Below are positions 1 through 13,100 of a stretch of DNA of 64,000 nt, piece by piece (the stretch's first letter is position 1; the number at the start of each line of letters is the position of its first letter). This DNA comes from Vitrella brassicaformis CCMP3155 (Eukaryota; Protista; Chromerida), in the NCBI GenBank assembly GCA_001179505.1, contig CDMY01000436.1:1-64000 (forward strand), given 5' to 3'. The position numbers and the translations under genes were made by a program. The notes under the pieces were generated by a model. That model was not told where the DNA came from, did not search any database, and saw nothing but the letters and a program-made list of their open reading frames with translations.

Positions 1-283
1 GCGCTTGTGATTCCGGCAGTCACATCGTCGGCTGCATGTGGACAGCGCAGACGTCCCTTTCTCGTTGCATGCGCAACAGGGGGGCCCGCCGCCGTCTCGC
101 GGGATGAGGGTAGGTGGAGGGGGTTGGGTGTAGTCCGATACACGCTCGCTCATCCGAAAAGGAGGAGAAACAGCCGAGAAATCACCAACTCAATCATGGG
201 GGGTACGTCTGAGGATGTGGCTGCCATTCTGACAGTGTTGCTGTCATCCTGCTGGTGATAGGCTCGTAAAAGGAATATATATC

Positions 284-668
284 ATGCCGCGAGTCAATGA
301 CGCGCTGAACGGTGAGTGAGTGATAGTCAATCCACTCTATGGCTAAGGTGGCTGTCGGATGGATTTGTTCAGAACCGGACGCAGAACCAGAACCGCCTCT
401 TGGTCGCCGCGCAATGGCATGCAGGCATGACATGACAAGCGCCACTGACACGTGAGCGACACACAAACACACACACACACACTCGATCACATCAGTACTG
501 CGCTACTCTCTCGTTTCATGCAGGCCTCTTGCACCCCGATCGCCGTCGCCCTCTGAAGATCCGGTGATGTGTGATCCTTCTGAAGGACGCCTGCCGCCCG
601 TGAGTGAAGATCCAGTCATGTGCTTTGATGATGAGGGCAACCTCCTCGGCTGTTTCCGTCCAAGATAG
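284..668 (+). CDS. Small hypothetical protein (~85 aa), 3 exons
   Basis: ATG 284; exons 284-311, 373-451, 524-668 join in frame across GTGAGT...CAG and GTGAGC...CAG introns giving MPRVNDALNEPDAEPEPPLG...SEDPVMCD...SEDPVMCFDDEGNLLGCFRPR*. No recognisable domain; could be incomplete at the 5' end. Confidence 0.35.
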
Positions 669-1630
669 GCAGGCACACGTGTTGTGTGTGGTGCTGTGTG
701 GTTTCGTCGGTCGGTGTGGACTCACACTTTTCGACCGAGGGGCGTGACCCAATGGATGATGGATGCCTTGTCCCCTCTGATGGTGACTTTTTTTTTTTTG
801 TGGGGAGGAAGGAAGGGAGAATGGCAGGTGTACTGTCTGTGTCCTCAGTGATGTGTGTATGTTTTCCTTGGATTAGCCTTGCCTTGCTTTGCCTTGCCTG
901 ATGCTGGCTGACGGGGTGCTGGGTGGTTGGTGATGAGACTGGGTCGTTATTAGTGACACATTGATGACCGCCCTGTCTCACCAGTGGCCTGCAACCACTT
1001 CCTCAACTGGCCGGGCGAGGAAGGCTGAAAGAACGAGGGCACATTTTGTTGAAAGACCGGTTTTGTATCTCAGTCGATGTTGTGTTACATAACCCAAGAA
1101 AATGACTACGATTCTCTCTCTTCGTGTTTGAATTGTGGCGCATGGCATCATGCGGAGGATATTAAAGTCACACGTACATGGCGTGCAATGCATTTCCCCC
1201 ACACCCAACTGATGTATGCTATGCAATCCTCCGTCTGTCTCTTCGTCCGTCGATTCACCCATTGCACGCAGGTAGGTAACAAGCAGCAGCAAAGCGCGAG
1301 AGTAAGTGTTAGCAAGCTCCAAAATGCATCTGTGTGTGTGTGTATGCTGGCCCGCCTCTCATCGATAGACACGTTGACATCACAAGTGCACCGCCGTCCC
1401 TCCCGCCCTCAGTCAGCTAGAAGTAGTAGACTGGCGACATTTGCTGCTGTCTTGGGGAGTTTTCCACACTGATGCCGCGGATCGCAGACAGGTCGAGCTC
1501 CATGGCTAGCTCACGCATCAGCTCCAGGTCGGGGCTCCTGTCGAAATACGCTGCAATCAAACAATCAATCAGAGAGCGCACATGCCATGCCAGCAATCCC
1601 CTCACTCTGTCCATAGATAGGTGGGTCATC

Positions 1631-4600
1631 CTATTGTGCCAGCTCACGTTGTGGGGCAGGCGAGATTGACTCATGGACAGCCTCATCCACCATGTCACAG
1701 TCGGCTGGGCCGGGCGACAAGTCCACCACCACTGCATGGTCTGGAGCGATGCCCATTTCGATGTCTCGCCCATAGTCCTGCGTGTCTCGTCTGCTGACAG
1801 GCCTAGCCGCCTCACTATACCAGTTGGGGGACCTCTGCACAGGCGACCGCTCCAGTGGCGTCACGAATGCGCTCCTCGAGTGCAGGGGTGGGTGGAGGCT
1901 GACGCGTGGGGTCATGGACACACTCTTGACAGAAGGCACTGGCTTGAGGTAAATGGGAGACAGGGCCCGCCTCAGCTTCGACTTGAGGTCGCTTCCCGGC
2001 GGGGCGTTCTTCCGAGCCTCAGCGACGTTCTCCATATGAGCCTGGACGGCCCGCCAGAACATGCTGCTCTTGTCGAAGCAGCAATATATGATGAAGAAAC
2101 AGATGGGAACCAACACGATCAGCGGGATGGCCACACTGTTGAACACTTGCTCCTTGTCTCTGGGCTTCTTGCCGCCCCTCAGGGAGGGCAGCTCTGAGCC
2201 GTCGACGTCCACTGGCGTGTTGCGTGGAGGCACGTCGTCGTCACTGACCCTGTCTATCTGGTATGAGAATGTCGCTTCCGAGAAGCCGTTCTTAGAATTG
2301 GCGTTACTGACAGAAGAGTCGTTGTCTTCATCGACTTGGCTGGCAGACGGTGACGGCGACGGAGTGAGAGCATGGGAGAGAGAGCCGGCAGCAGAAGTTG
2401 TAGGGGCGGCATTTGTGCTGGTGTCGTCCTTGGCTGCAGCATGGTCTGTGACTGCCGCATCAGCTTCCGCTCTTGTCTTTGCCGGTGCGAAGCTGACATC
2501 AGAGGAGGCGTCGTCGACAGGGCCCATGCTATCGGCTTCCGTCTTGCCCTCGGTGCTCTCTGCCGCCTCATGCTGAAACTCATGTGCCGTCTCCTGCGTC
2601 ACAGGATCTGTATCTCTCTGCTGTTCCTGAGACGCGATCTGCTCGTCAGCAGCTGCCGGGACGTCGGCAGCTGGATCGCTGACTGTCGCTGGGGCTCCAA
2701 GAGGTGCTGCTGCTGGTGAGATAACGGGGGCTTTGGTGGTGGTCGGGGCACTGGCTGAGACAGGATCGGGCTGCCCAGGTGAAAGACGGACAGGTTCGGG
2801 AAGGTTGCTCTCTTCAGCAACATTTGAGGGCTTCTTGATGCTCTCGCGCACCGAAGCTTCTTGTTGCTTCTTTTTCTCTCGGAGAAGGTTGCCCTCTGGC
2901 GTTGGTGTTGGCTGGGCGTCCTCGTTTGGTGGGCTGCCCTGAGTGGGCTGTTGTTTATCCTTCTTGTTCTTCTCCCGTCTCTTGCTCTTTGGTTGTCCTT
3001 CCTTCGACAGCACCACAACCACCTTCCCACCGGACGATCCAGTCTCGACATTCTTGGCCGGAGTAGGCTCCTCATCGGCCGATTTGGCGGCAGAGCCACC
3101 TCCCGCGAATGTCACATTCGCCGCTGAGGAAGTCTGCGAGACGCCTTTGCGGCCGCGTTTCTTGTCCTTGGTTTCCTTCTTGCAGCATTTCTTGTCCTGT
3201 TTCTTTTTGCCTGTTGTGGGCGAAGGGAAGCCTTCGATGTGCGGTCTCTTCTTCTTCCCCTGCAGATGGGGCGGGACGAGGTTGGCCAAGAGATCCTGAC
3301 CAGGAGAGAGAGCACCATGCAACTAACTAATGAATGCCGTCGCTTGAAGGTTCTTGGCTGTAGGAGCGCATAGCATACCTTTCTGCATCCGCCAGTGAAG
3401 CCCTCAGATGAGAATGTGCCCGATGCACTCCCAACGGCCTCTGAAAGATGGAGGGGAGGAAGGGAAGGCAGCAGACCGCCAATGTGTGATGTGGCGTGCG
3501 CCGTATGAGCAAATCTGAATGCGTGTCTCACCGCCGAGCTTGGCCCTGACCGTCACAGTGTGAACCTTATCGTTACGTAGAGCAGAGCAAAAACCTGATG
3601 GAATGGACATAGAGAGGTCAGCAAGCTTGGTTTGCTGGCGGGCAGCACGCCGCAGTCAGGACATACCGATGATGTAGTAACTTCTTGTGACGGCATCGAG
3701 ATTCCGAAAGAGATTCTTGAAATGGGTCTGCAGCTGATGGTTATCCTGCAAAGAACCAGACGAGATTTTGCCGCCGTGGCCACCGAGCTGGCAGTGCCTT
3801 ACTACTGATAGACACATACCCTTGGCTGATAGATGGCGCCGCCTCTGCCGAACTCTTGGAGGAATTCGGGGTCGCTGCGAGAGCCGTAGGCGGGAGGGAC
3901 GGCCACCTGCGAGACAAGGCAAGCTTCCGTGCCGTAAGGCGCCTCGGGCAATCACTTCATTGGTATTCAGCTTACAGAGAAGAATGAAATGCGTCTGCGC
4001 GCTTGCTGCACTCGATGGAGGGCATACTGCCGACTCCTGCGTTTGGCCAAGTCCTAACCGACAACGAGGAAGAGGCCAATGGATGCGTGCGCTGTCCCCC
4101 TCTGGCGTCTCTCACGTACTTTGCCGTCTGAGAATAGTATCATGGCTCCTGCCTGCAGCAGGGACTCGTGACGGCGTTGCTCCTCGTCCATCCTATCCTG
4201 GGCGGAGAGACACCAGCACTTCTCAATGCAGTCAGCCTTCGAAGGATGTGTGTGAGAGCGAACCTCAAGGACTCTGATTGCCTGGCCGATGCTGCCGTAG
4301 AGATTGGTTGATATGTCCTCTGAGCGATAAGTCACGATAGCCCTCTGCGCAAATGACATGTAGGCAAGGGACGCGGGCTCACAGAGACACAGGTCTCTCA
4401 TTCTCGCCGCGTCTGGCCTTACCGCGAGAGTTTGAGAGAAGTCATCTTGAGAGAAAGGTATGAGCATCTGAAGGTCCCTACGTCCGTCGAAAGCATAGAG
4501 GGCGCACTCCACTGCGCCCCTGCACAGCTGCAGTGAGATGCGCGTTATGGTAGGTATCGATGCGTTGAGCGAGGCCCGCGCAGAGCCGGACATGTCCACC

Positions 4601-5481
4601 AGGAACAACACGAAGGACCGAGACGTGCGATTCTGGTGTCAGAAATACGGCACGCATGAGTAGGGCGCTTGTCGTTAAGGCGTACATCACTCATCACCTG
4701 CAGAAGGTACCATTCATTCTCATTTCCGTCCCAGCGGCCGTCCTGATATGCAACGCAGCAAAGAAGGAATGTCTGCGATGAACGGTCATGACCCAAATGC
4801 GGTGTAGACTGACTGACCTCTTCAACACGGAAATCGACGCCCGATGATATGGGTGTGCCCCTGCAGTCCTCAAGGCGGAATGCCGTGTAGACTTGGGCTG
4901 GCAAGAGGGTCTCAACGGTGAAGTGCTTGAGGGAGAGGGAGCAGTTCTTCTGTGTCGACACACACACGCCCCCCAAGCCTTTGTCAATGCCCTCGCCGAC
5001 GCAGCGCTCATCGTCTCCACAATCCGTTGACTGCACATACGGACATCAGCACACAGAACACGATTCGAAGCCAATCGAGCCCAGCAGACTCGGGTGCTCT
5101 GCTGACCGTGATGCATGGCGTGACATGTGATGTGTCCAAATCGACTGCGGTGAGATTGAACTCCACAGATGCATTTCTGCCCCGCACGACAACTACTGTC
5201 GCGTTACTCGGCGGACGAGTGACAGCCACTGTGCGATTCCCCAGAGAGATGGCCGCCGTCCCGTTGTGGACTTCCTGCCCTGCCGTCTCGCCCTCACAGT
5301 TGCACGAAGTGGGAGGAGGATGCGGACAGGTGCAGTTGGTGCTGTTGATCATACTGGTAGTCGGCTCAGCAGTGCCGGTGCCTGTTGCGTTGATGGGCTG
5401 CTTTGCAAAGACGGTAGCCGAGGAGACGGCAAGAAACACGAACGCTCTTGCAACATTGCAAAGGGGCGGCATCGTGGTCAT
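1631..5481 (-). CDS. Type I membrane protein with signal peptide, vWA (MIDAS) domain, Lys-rich and acidic low-complexity stalk, one TM helix and cytoplasmic tail
   Basis: Signal-like start MTTMPPLCNVARAFVFLAVSSATVFA with many N-x-S/T sequons; LFLVDMSGS (DxSxS, ~4582-4611), STNLYGS and MILFSDG complete a vWA MIDAS set; further exons DLAKRRSRQYA, YYIIGFCSALRNDKVHTVTV and SGTFSSEGFTGGCRK splice in phase 0 (intron 3296-3378) onto the large exon DLLANLVPP... of ORF 1631..3322, which holds TM IPLIVLVPICFFIIYCCF (~2080-2135). Confidence 0.75.
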
Positions 5482-5956
5482 GAAAGCCTGACACGAGGAA
5501 GGCAAACTGTGATTCAGCTTGCCTCTTGCACTGCAATGCATGCAATTGGAGAGCGCTTACGTGAAATGGCGGTCGTTGGCTCACTAAGCAATGCTTCTGA
5601 GACGCTGTCAGCAAATGTCAAGAGGAACACTTGAGAGGAGCAATCTTCGCGGGGAGGAAAGGAAGCGGTCGGAATGAGATTGCGAGCTCGGCGACGTCTT
5701 GGCCGTTTCCGGCCCGCATCAATACACGGTTCCGATCTTTGTCAGCTGCGGCAACCACCCAAATAATCACAATCAAACTCATATATGTCCAAAAATCCTC
5801 ACGCAAAGCGCACACATGCATGCCGCCTAGCAACAATCGTCACAGCCGACATAATACCGACACGCATGAATACGCTCAACGCCTCCTTGCATTACCACAA
5901 GGGCTGCCGGGGAAGCACCGCACGCCTCTTGCCGATCCCGCCCTGTCATCCTGTCG

Positions 5957-8900
5957 TCAGCCGACGATCCTCGGCCCTCTCGCGTGCACGGGCCTTGCAG
6001 CAGGACGCATAGGGTAGGAACGCGATGGTCGGGGAGGCACCATTAGAGGCGGCGGCGGACGAAAGTATGGAACCCGTGTGTCGAAACGCCTCACTGCGCT
6101 CCTCTCACTTAAACCTCTTTGTTCATTCGCAGGCGGAGGGATCCCATGCGCAGTTGTCCTCGCTGGGCGGGCCATTCGGGCGCTGTGAGGCGCTCTCTGC
6201 TTGGCCAGGCGGACAGCAAGGTCAGGGATCATGGGAATCCTCGGCGGCGAAGGTATGAGGGGCGGAGAGGGAAGCCATGCGATAGGACTGCGATTTACGA
6301 GAGGCGGCACAGGCCGAGGGGTCCCATGCGGCGGCGGGGGTAGCACAAGCTGTACAACAGACTTTGCAGCCTCCATCTCCCTCACGGGCGGCCTTTGGCC
6401 TTCCTCAAAGTCGCGCACGCGGAATGGCGATGCCGGTCGGGAGGGAGACGGGCTGGGGGTGCGTCGAGCCACCAAACGAGACGCGGAACGACCACGGTAT
6501 CTCGGACTTCTCGATCTCTGGCTCACTACAAGAGGGTCGCCGAGGCCTAGAGACCCGCTGGGCGGAAATGGGCTGCATCTCTCCACCAGGGGGACAAAGG
6601 GCTCAGCCAAGGGGAGAAATCGGTCGCTGGGGCGGGACTTGGGCAGAGGGTGTCGTTGCAGTTGCTGAATAGAGAATATCTGCTTCGGAGCTGGCGTGAA
6701 GAACCGCCGATGATAAGTTGTCGTGACATACGGACGAAGAGGATGAGGACGCCTCGCGAACTCAGGACTGAGACAGAGCCATGGACACATGTCTTCGCTG
6801 TGGCCTGGTCATTGATGGTTCTGTCTGACCCACCCGAGGGGACGATAGAAGGTCCTCCGATGCAAGGGGCCCGACTGCATGCGAGGAAGCGTCCTGAACA
6901 TCGAATGCGGAGGCGCAGAGGGGCTTCTCCGCAGCGCCGGTGGGACGGACAACAGCTCCCTGTGAGACGTCGTCGGCGCAGGTTCGGGCAGAGTGGACGC
7001 CGGCTCCTCTTGCGGCACCTGTGCACTTATCTGGTCAAGGGCGCCTGACAGCATCCCTTGCACCATCTCACGAGCAACCGCTGTTGCGATGGCACGGCTC
7101 ACTGTCTCACGCGCCAGCTGCTTCACCTTCTCCAGCTTCTCTATCTCCTCCTCAGTGGGCTCCACTGCCACGACTTCCTCCTGGTAGTCGCTGAGCAGCA
7201 GGATAGACGAGCGAGATCGTTTGGTGATAAGGGGATGCTCCGATGGTGGCTCTTCTTCTTTCTCAGCCTTCATGGCTGCCGTGTCGGACTCCACCTTCAT
7301 CTCCTCGATCTCCGCCCGCTCCAGAAACCTCTTCCCCTGACAACACAAGATGGACAGAGAGAGACACACACATACTGTATGGATCTCCCTCTTGGTCTGC
7401 TTCCTTCCATCTGAGTCAAACCACGATCGGGCTCCTCGGCCTCAGACTTGCTCCCTCATCTTCGCTCTCTTCCTCTTCGTCTTCTTCGTCCTCTGCAGAG
7501 AGAGGCTCGCCAAGGCCCATCAGCTCGGCCGCAAGGGATTTCCTGGGGACGGGACACACCAAGTGAAGCAAATCCATGTCGACCATCAGTGCATGACATG
7601 ACATTCACAAGAAAGTGCACCTTCTTGTGAAGCCGCGGCCAGGGACTTCCTCCAGCGGCTCGGCTTCAATGGCTGACTCATGCTCGCTTGATTCCAAGTC
7701 ACTCTCCTTGTCATCAGACCATTCTGATGCGAGAAAAGCGCGAGACACCCACACCACTTCGTATATGTTGTCGTCTTCGACTTTTGTTTACGCTGGTCTG
7801 GTAGTGGAGTGAGGGCGATTGGCATGACGGCTGCGGGGCTGATTGTGACAGCGGTGCGCCGCTTGAACTTGTAACTCGAACGAGCCTCTATAATAGCCTT
7901 CAACTCCAACTGCACAGGAACAGACAGACAGACCGACATGTATATGCTTGGCAACGGAGCCAGGCAAATGGCTACGGCGTGCAGAATCATACATTTTCAT
8001 TCTCAAGTTTGTCGTGTTTTTGTGTGAGTGCATCGAGCTCCTTGCGCAGCTCCTCGAGCTCCTCCTCGAGCTCCTCTTCGCGCTCAGACCTGCACAGACC
8101 AAGGCAGTGACTTTGATCGTGTGCCAATATGTCTTGCCTCGGCTTACGGTCCTTCGCACTCTGCCAGTGCCTGAGCCTTCGTCGCCTCGATGGCTTCGGC
8201 CTTTTTTTCAACCTCCTGCTCGTGGAGATCGCGCAGCTCGTGCAGCTCCTTCAGCCTGTGCTGAGACTCGCGCTGAGACAAGCAGGCAACGCAAGACAAC
8301 CGGTCAGTTCTGTGAAGCCGGCAGACACTCCATGTATACGTGTACCTTTTGTCTCTCCAGCAGTCGTTGGAGCTCGCTAATGCGGTTCTCGTATTGCCTC
8401 TGGAGCTCGCGAGACTCGTACAGATCCTGACAGACACGACAAAGATCGACTGGTTCCTTGTTCGTCTTGAAGTGGCTCCCTCGCTTCGACATACGTTTTG
8501 GGTCTTTTCGAGCTGCCTTGTCACGGCCTTGCTCTCTTCAGCTTGCTCCTTGTATTCACGCATGCTCTGCCGCGAGGCATTCAGCTCGGACCGCAACTCG
8601 TTGATCTCCTCCAGCAACGCGTCGTACTCCTCAGCCAGAGAAGCCTCCTGCAAACAGCCGAGACAAAAGCAGGGATCATGTCTCGGCCGCTCCACTCGTC
8701 CGCCTACTTTTTCTTGCTTCTCCAGTCGCCGCATCTTCTCCTTCTTGACGAGCTCGTCTTTCTCCGCCCTGATGTGCTCGATCATGGCATAGAGACGCTC
8801 TATCTCACTCTCCTGCAGATGGACACACATACCATGGTGTTGTCGGCGAGGACATACGCAGCCCCACCGAGGCTCTCTTACCCTTCTGCGTTGTTCCTCC

Positions 8901-9778
8901 TGCAGTTCACGCACCACCGACTCAAGCATACCCGTCCTGGATCTCATCCGCTTTGGCTCCGCCATGGTGGCGGCCCTGGTTTCCTTGGAAGCCCTTGCAA
9001 TACCCATGACCAGGGCCTTGGTCTTGGCCCAGCCCCTCTTCTCATCCGGCCTGCCCTCGCCCCCAGGCCTCTCACTTCCAGACCTGCCCTCAACAGACAG
9101 GTCCCGCGTCTTCTCCCGCTGCAGCATGGATGCGGGACGCGGCCTATCCTCCACATGCCGGCCGTCCGCTGAGGACGGAGCTGCGGCTGCATCCAAGTGA
9201 TCCCTACTGCCGCTGCCCTTCTTGATGGCCGCTCGAAGGCCCGCCGTGTTTGCAAAGACCGGCATTTTCTCCTCCCGCTCCTCGCTCTGCTTCCTCTCCT
9301 CGCTCTGTCTTCGGTACTGCATCGTCGTCTGCCGCTTCACCTGATGCATCGCTGGCTTTCCACTGGCAGGTGGTCTGTCATTCCTTGGCAACGGTGGGCG
9401 GCCTGCTTTGGAAGCGGCGGGGGCGGCCGGTGGCGGCTCCCTTCTCGACGGCTGGTCGGCAGGCATGTCGGCAGGGGTCAACTCTCGTGCGGGAGGTCCG
9501 CTGCTGGAGCGCAAGGCACCCAAGGCCTCCCGGGCTTCCTGCATGCCTCTGGCGCTCCATTGTCTTCTCAGAGGGGCCAGCGCTCCCCTCAGGCCGACTC
9601 CTCCTCCGAGGACGTCAGGAGTTGCCCGTCCTTGCAGCCGAGGGCCAGACAGGTCCGCTGACGCCAACTTCTTGAGGGAGGGGATGGAGGGAAGGGCTGA
9701 ATGGCTTCCTCGCCGCGTCCCAGTGAGTGATGCCTTGCTGAAGGTGCGTTGCGGTGCTCTCGGGCGGCTTGTATCCAT
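5957..9778 (-). CDS. Large multi-exon coiled-coil / low-complexity hypothetical protein
   Basis: Start MDTSRPRAPQ at 9778; successive heptad-rich exons (ESEIERLYAMIEH, LAEEYDALLEEINELRSEL, SEREEELEEELEELRKEL) separated by GT-AG introns, then acidic exons and a Pro/Arg-rich last exon (ORF 5957..6790). Confidence 0.7.
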
Positions 9779-9987
9779 CGGAAGGTTGGGGGCGTGGGGG
9801 CAAGACTGCGAGCTGGGGATTTGGAGCGATCATGACAAGATCTGGTTCTCTTTCATTGCATAAGCAATTGCGAACGGCAAATGCATTCGTATGCATTCGT
9901 ATGCACACGTATCTTCAAGAAAAAAGAGAGCCTCACCCGCCAAGTAAGTCACCAGACGCATCCATATGTCAGGTCTCTTAAGCACTC

Positions 9988-10040
9988 ATACGCCCCTTCA
10001 TTGTACATGCACACCACACTGAGTGACCCCCTCCCTGTGC
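9988..10040 (-). promoter_or_regulatory. Conserved ~50-bp 3'-flank element (TGTACAATGAA core), copy 1
   Basis: Near-identical to 14150-14203; both lie just 3' of minus-strand stop codons. Confidence 0.5.
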
Positions 10041-10114
10041 GCGACATCCTTGACGTGGCACCACGTCGCCTCCCTCCCTCCCTCGCCCTCCCCTGTCTAC
10101 ACTCACTCACTCAC

Positions 10115-13100
10115 TCACTGCAGCAGTCTGAACACCTCTATCTGATCGGCATCAATCTCCTCCTCATGATACACCTGGGGATCAATCTGCAGCAGTTCCC
10201 ACGCCGCTTCCCCGTAGCAACCCCCCGTCCCCGTAGAGGCCGCCATCTGCCACAGCCCCAGCCACATCCGCCCCACGGACTGGCCCACGCTCAGTTTGTA
10301 GTGGCGGCGTGAGCGGCTGTCCGCCCGTGCGACAGTCACACACTGCAGGGTGGGCGACGCCGACTGGAATGGGGGAGTGGCCTGATGCTTTGAAGATGAG
10401 GGCGGGCGTCTCGTAGTCGTTGAAGAAGCGGGGACCGGCCGGGGTCTCCACATGCGGGGGCGGGGGCGGCTTGATGCTGTCGTCGATGAAACAGCCGTGC
10501 ATGTCGCCGTTGCTTCGGACGAGGAACAGCAGGCAGGTCGCACCGCCCACACGGGTGAGCATGTCGGTGTACCGATCGCCGTGCTCAGTCGCTCTGCATG
10601 TACGGCCATCAAATGCGCAGGTTCGCGGAGTCCCATTCAGTGCCTCCCTTACCTGTACAGTAGCTCGATGCCTGTGATTTGCTTGCCCGTCGTCTGCAGC
10701 ACGGCCACGAGCTGGCTGGCGCATGCAATGGCAGATGGGCTCGGGCGGCAGGCCGAATTGCCGTGCAGCCGCATCATGGGCTTCATCCGCATGCCGCGTC
10801 GCCGCATCGCGGCCACTAGCGACTCCATGAGACGTCGAGGCGCATAGGGGGGGTCGATCACACTCATGGGCGAGGCAGTGCGCATGCGGGCGGCAAAATC
10901 GATAGCGAGTGCCTCGGCTGAGACGCCGGGAGGGACGGAGGGGAGGTAGCGCCTGACCATGGAGGAGAGCTCGTTGACGGTGGCCGCCAGGTTGGTGAGC
11001 ATCGCCAGCCGCCGCTGCGGGGCTGCTGCTCCCACCAGCGCCTCGAGCACGTCGGCGGCTGATGAATGGGCGAAAGCCTTCTCACACAACTGGTGGGTCA
11101 ACAGAGCGACGAATTATCCACCCATTCATTTCCCCCTTCCCTCCAATCCTTGTACACTTACCGCTGCGATGTCAGTAGCCATCATGACGATGTGCAGCTG
11201 GTCCTCCACGATATGGACCTGCCCTATCGCGCCTGAGAGGCGGCGCTGCACAGCCGCGTTGAGGTCATCCAGATGGTGTTGCTCAGGCAGGACCACCGTC
11301 AGCTGCGAGATGGACTGCATCTCGAGGATGGACCAGATACTCGACAGAATGAAGGCGCCTGGCTCGACAATGTCCTCAGACGGTACTGAGACGGTACACA
11401 GATGGACGGATGGACACATACGGCGTTCAGTCCCCGTATGCTCGCCCCCCACTTACCATCTACGTGCATCTCTATGGTGTCGATGTGTGGCAACCGGTCC
11501 CTGTGGTCGCCCAGTCTGATGCCCTCCCTCTGGTCCTCGGCCTCGATGAGCTCGGGGCCATGTCCAGACATGAACCCCAGCGAAAGCCGTTTGATCGCAC
11601 CAAAGCCCCCTCTCAGGAGGACCTGCCGCGCCTCTGTTTCGCTGCCGGCGATGCGGAGTACCTGCAGCGAGGGCATCTGCTGGGTCAAGGAGGCCGCCAA
11701 ACGCATGGCGACGTCGCCGCTCGCGGTGAGGGCCTCGACCTTCTGTAAACGCCGCTTGAGGACAGGCAGAGGCTGCTGCTGCTGCTGCTGTCCGTCGGCT
11801 GTCTGCAGGGCGCCGAGCACCAGGTGCGTCGGTACGGTCCATGCACGAAGCTGGCTGAGCAGGTCGAGCACGTCTGTGGTCAGCATGTCTTCTAGCTGCA
11901 GGTCCTCGAGGCTCGGTAGCCTGCTCAGCAGCTGTCCCGCCATGGGCAGCCCGATGCGGCCAAAGACAGTCAGGCCCCCCACGGCATCGAAGGCCCTCGC
12001 TGGGAAAATGTTGTCGAATGCGCAGAGCTCGGGGGGCGGGGGCGCGACAGCATTGGCAAGCGGTGTCCAGCCCTCGGCACACTGGATGGCTATGCTGCAT
12101 CCCCTGCTCCGCTCGAACATCAGCACATCCAGGCCCCGCTGCCGGCCGATGTGGTTGATGCCGCCCTGCGATCCGGCGAGGTGCTGCGGAGTGACGTTCC
12201 ACACGTACCGGAATGTAGGCCTCACACCTGGCAGGAGGGTGTCGATCTTGGGGCAGGTGAGGTAGCTGTGCGAGGTGTCCAGCCGCATGTTGTACGATTC
12301 GAGCAGCGAGCTGACCAGGCGGGGGCTGCAGGTGGGCAGGTTGCGGAAATCGAAGTGTGTGAAGGCCAGCAGTTCGTTGAGCGGCACGTCATGCGGCTGC
12401 TTGGCAGGGGGGAGGGGGCGCAGAAGACCTTGACCTTGCCCGCTCGCCAGAGGGAGCCAGGGACGACGGTCGCGTCGATGAGCGACGCCAACGCCCTGAA
12501 TGTGGCGAGTTCGTTGAGGATGAGCGAGTGACAGTCGATGCGGTCCACCACGATGCACAGGCAGCCGTCCGAGTCGCCGGCGTCGAGAGACCTTGAGCAG
12601 CCTCGCTGAACCAGCACCCTCTGAATGAATGCAGACCACAATCAAGGAACGACGGTATCAGTGGATGGCATGGTCTCCTTCCCCCCTTTCTGTCTCACTC
12701 ACCTGCAGGTCCTCGAGGCCAATTCTGAGATCGGTCGAGTCGAGTCCGTAGAGTTTCATGCAGCCGCGAATCCTCCGCAGAGACGCCAGAGGGCCCACAC
12801 TCCCCTGCTGCCCCACCGGCAGGTACCCAAAAAGTTCGGCCATCTCCGATGGATCGAATGGGTCGCTGGCAGTCACCGTCAGGTCGGCTAGGGACCGTGT
12901 CGTGGCCACGAATGGCCTGATGTCCTGTATCTCGGACGCATCTGGTGCCGTCACCGTCTCGACAGCCGGTGTGCGCCATCCTCGCCCATCAAACACGGAG
13001 TGGCCGTTCTGGACCCCTGTGACCTCTGTGAGGGCCGGGAGATTGATGGACTGCGAAGGGGCGGCTGGAGGGGGGTCGGCGTTGGTGTCGCTCAGCTGCT

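Noticed and set aside
1119-1165. CLNCGAWHHAEDIK as a gag zinc knuckle
   Set aside because: Final Cys missing and no other retroelement domains nearby.
9884-9905. atgcattcgt tandem (about 2.5 copies) and similar short tandems at 43512-43541 and 51769-51800
   Set aside because: Ordinary slippage duplications with no evident function.
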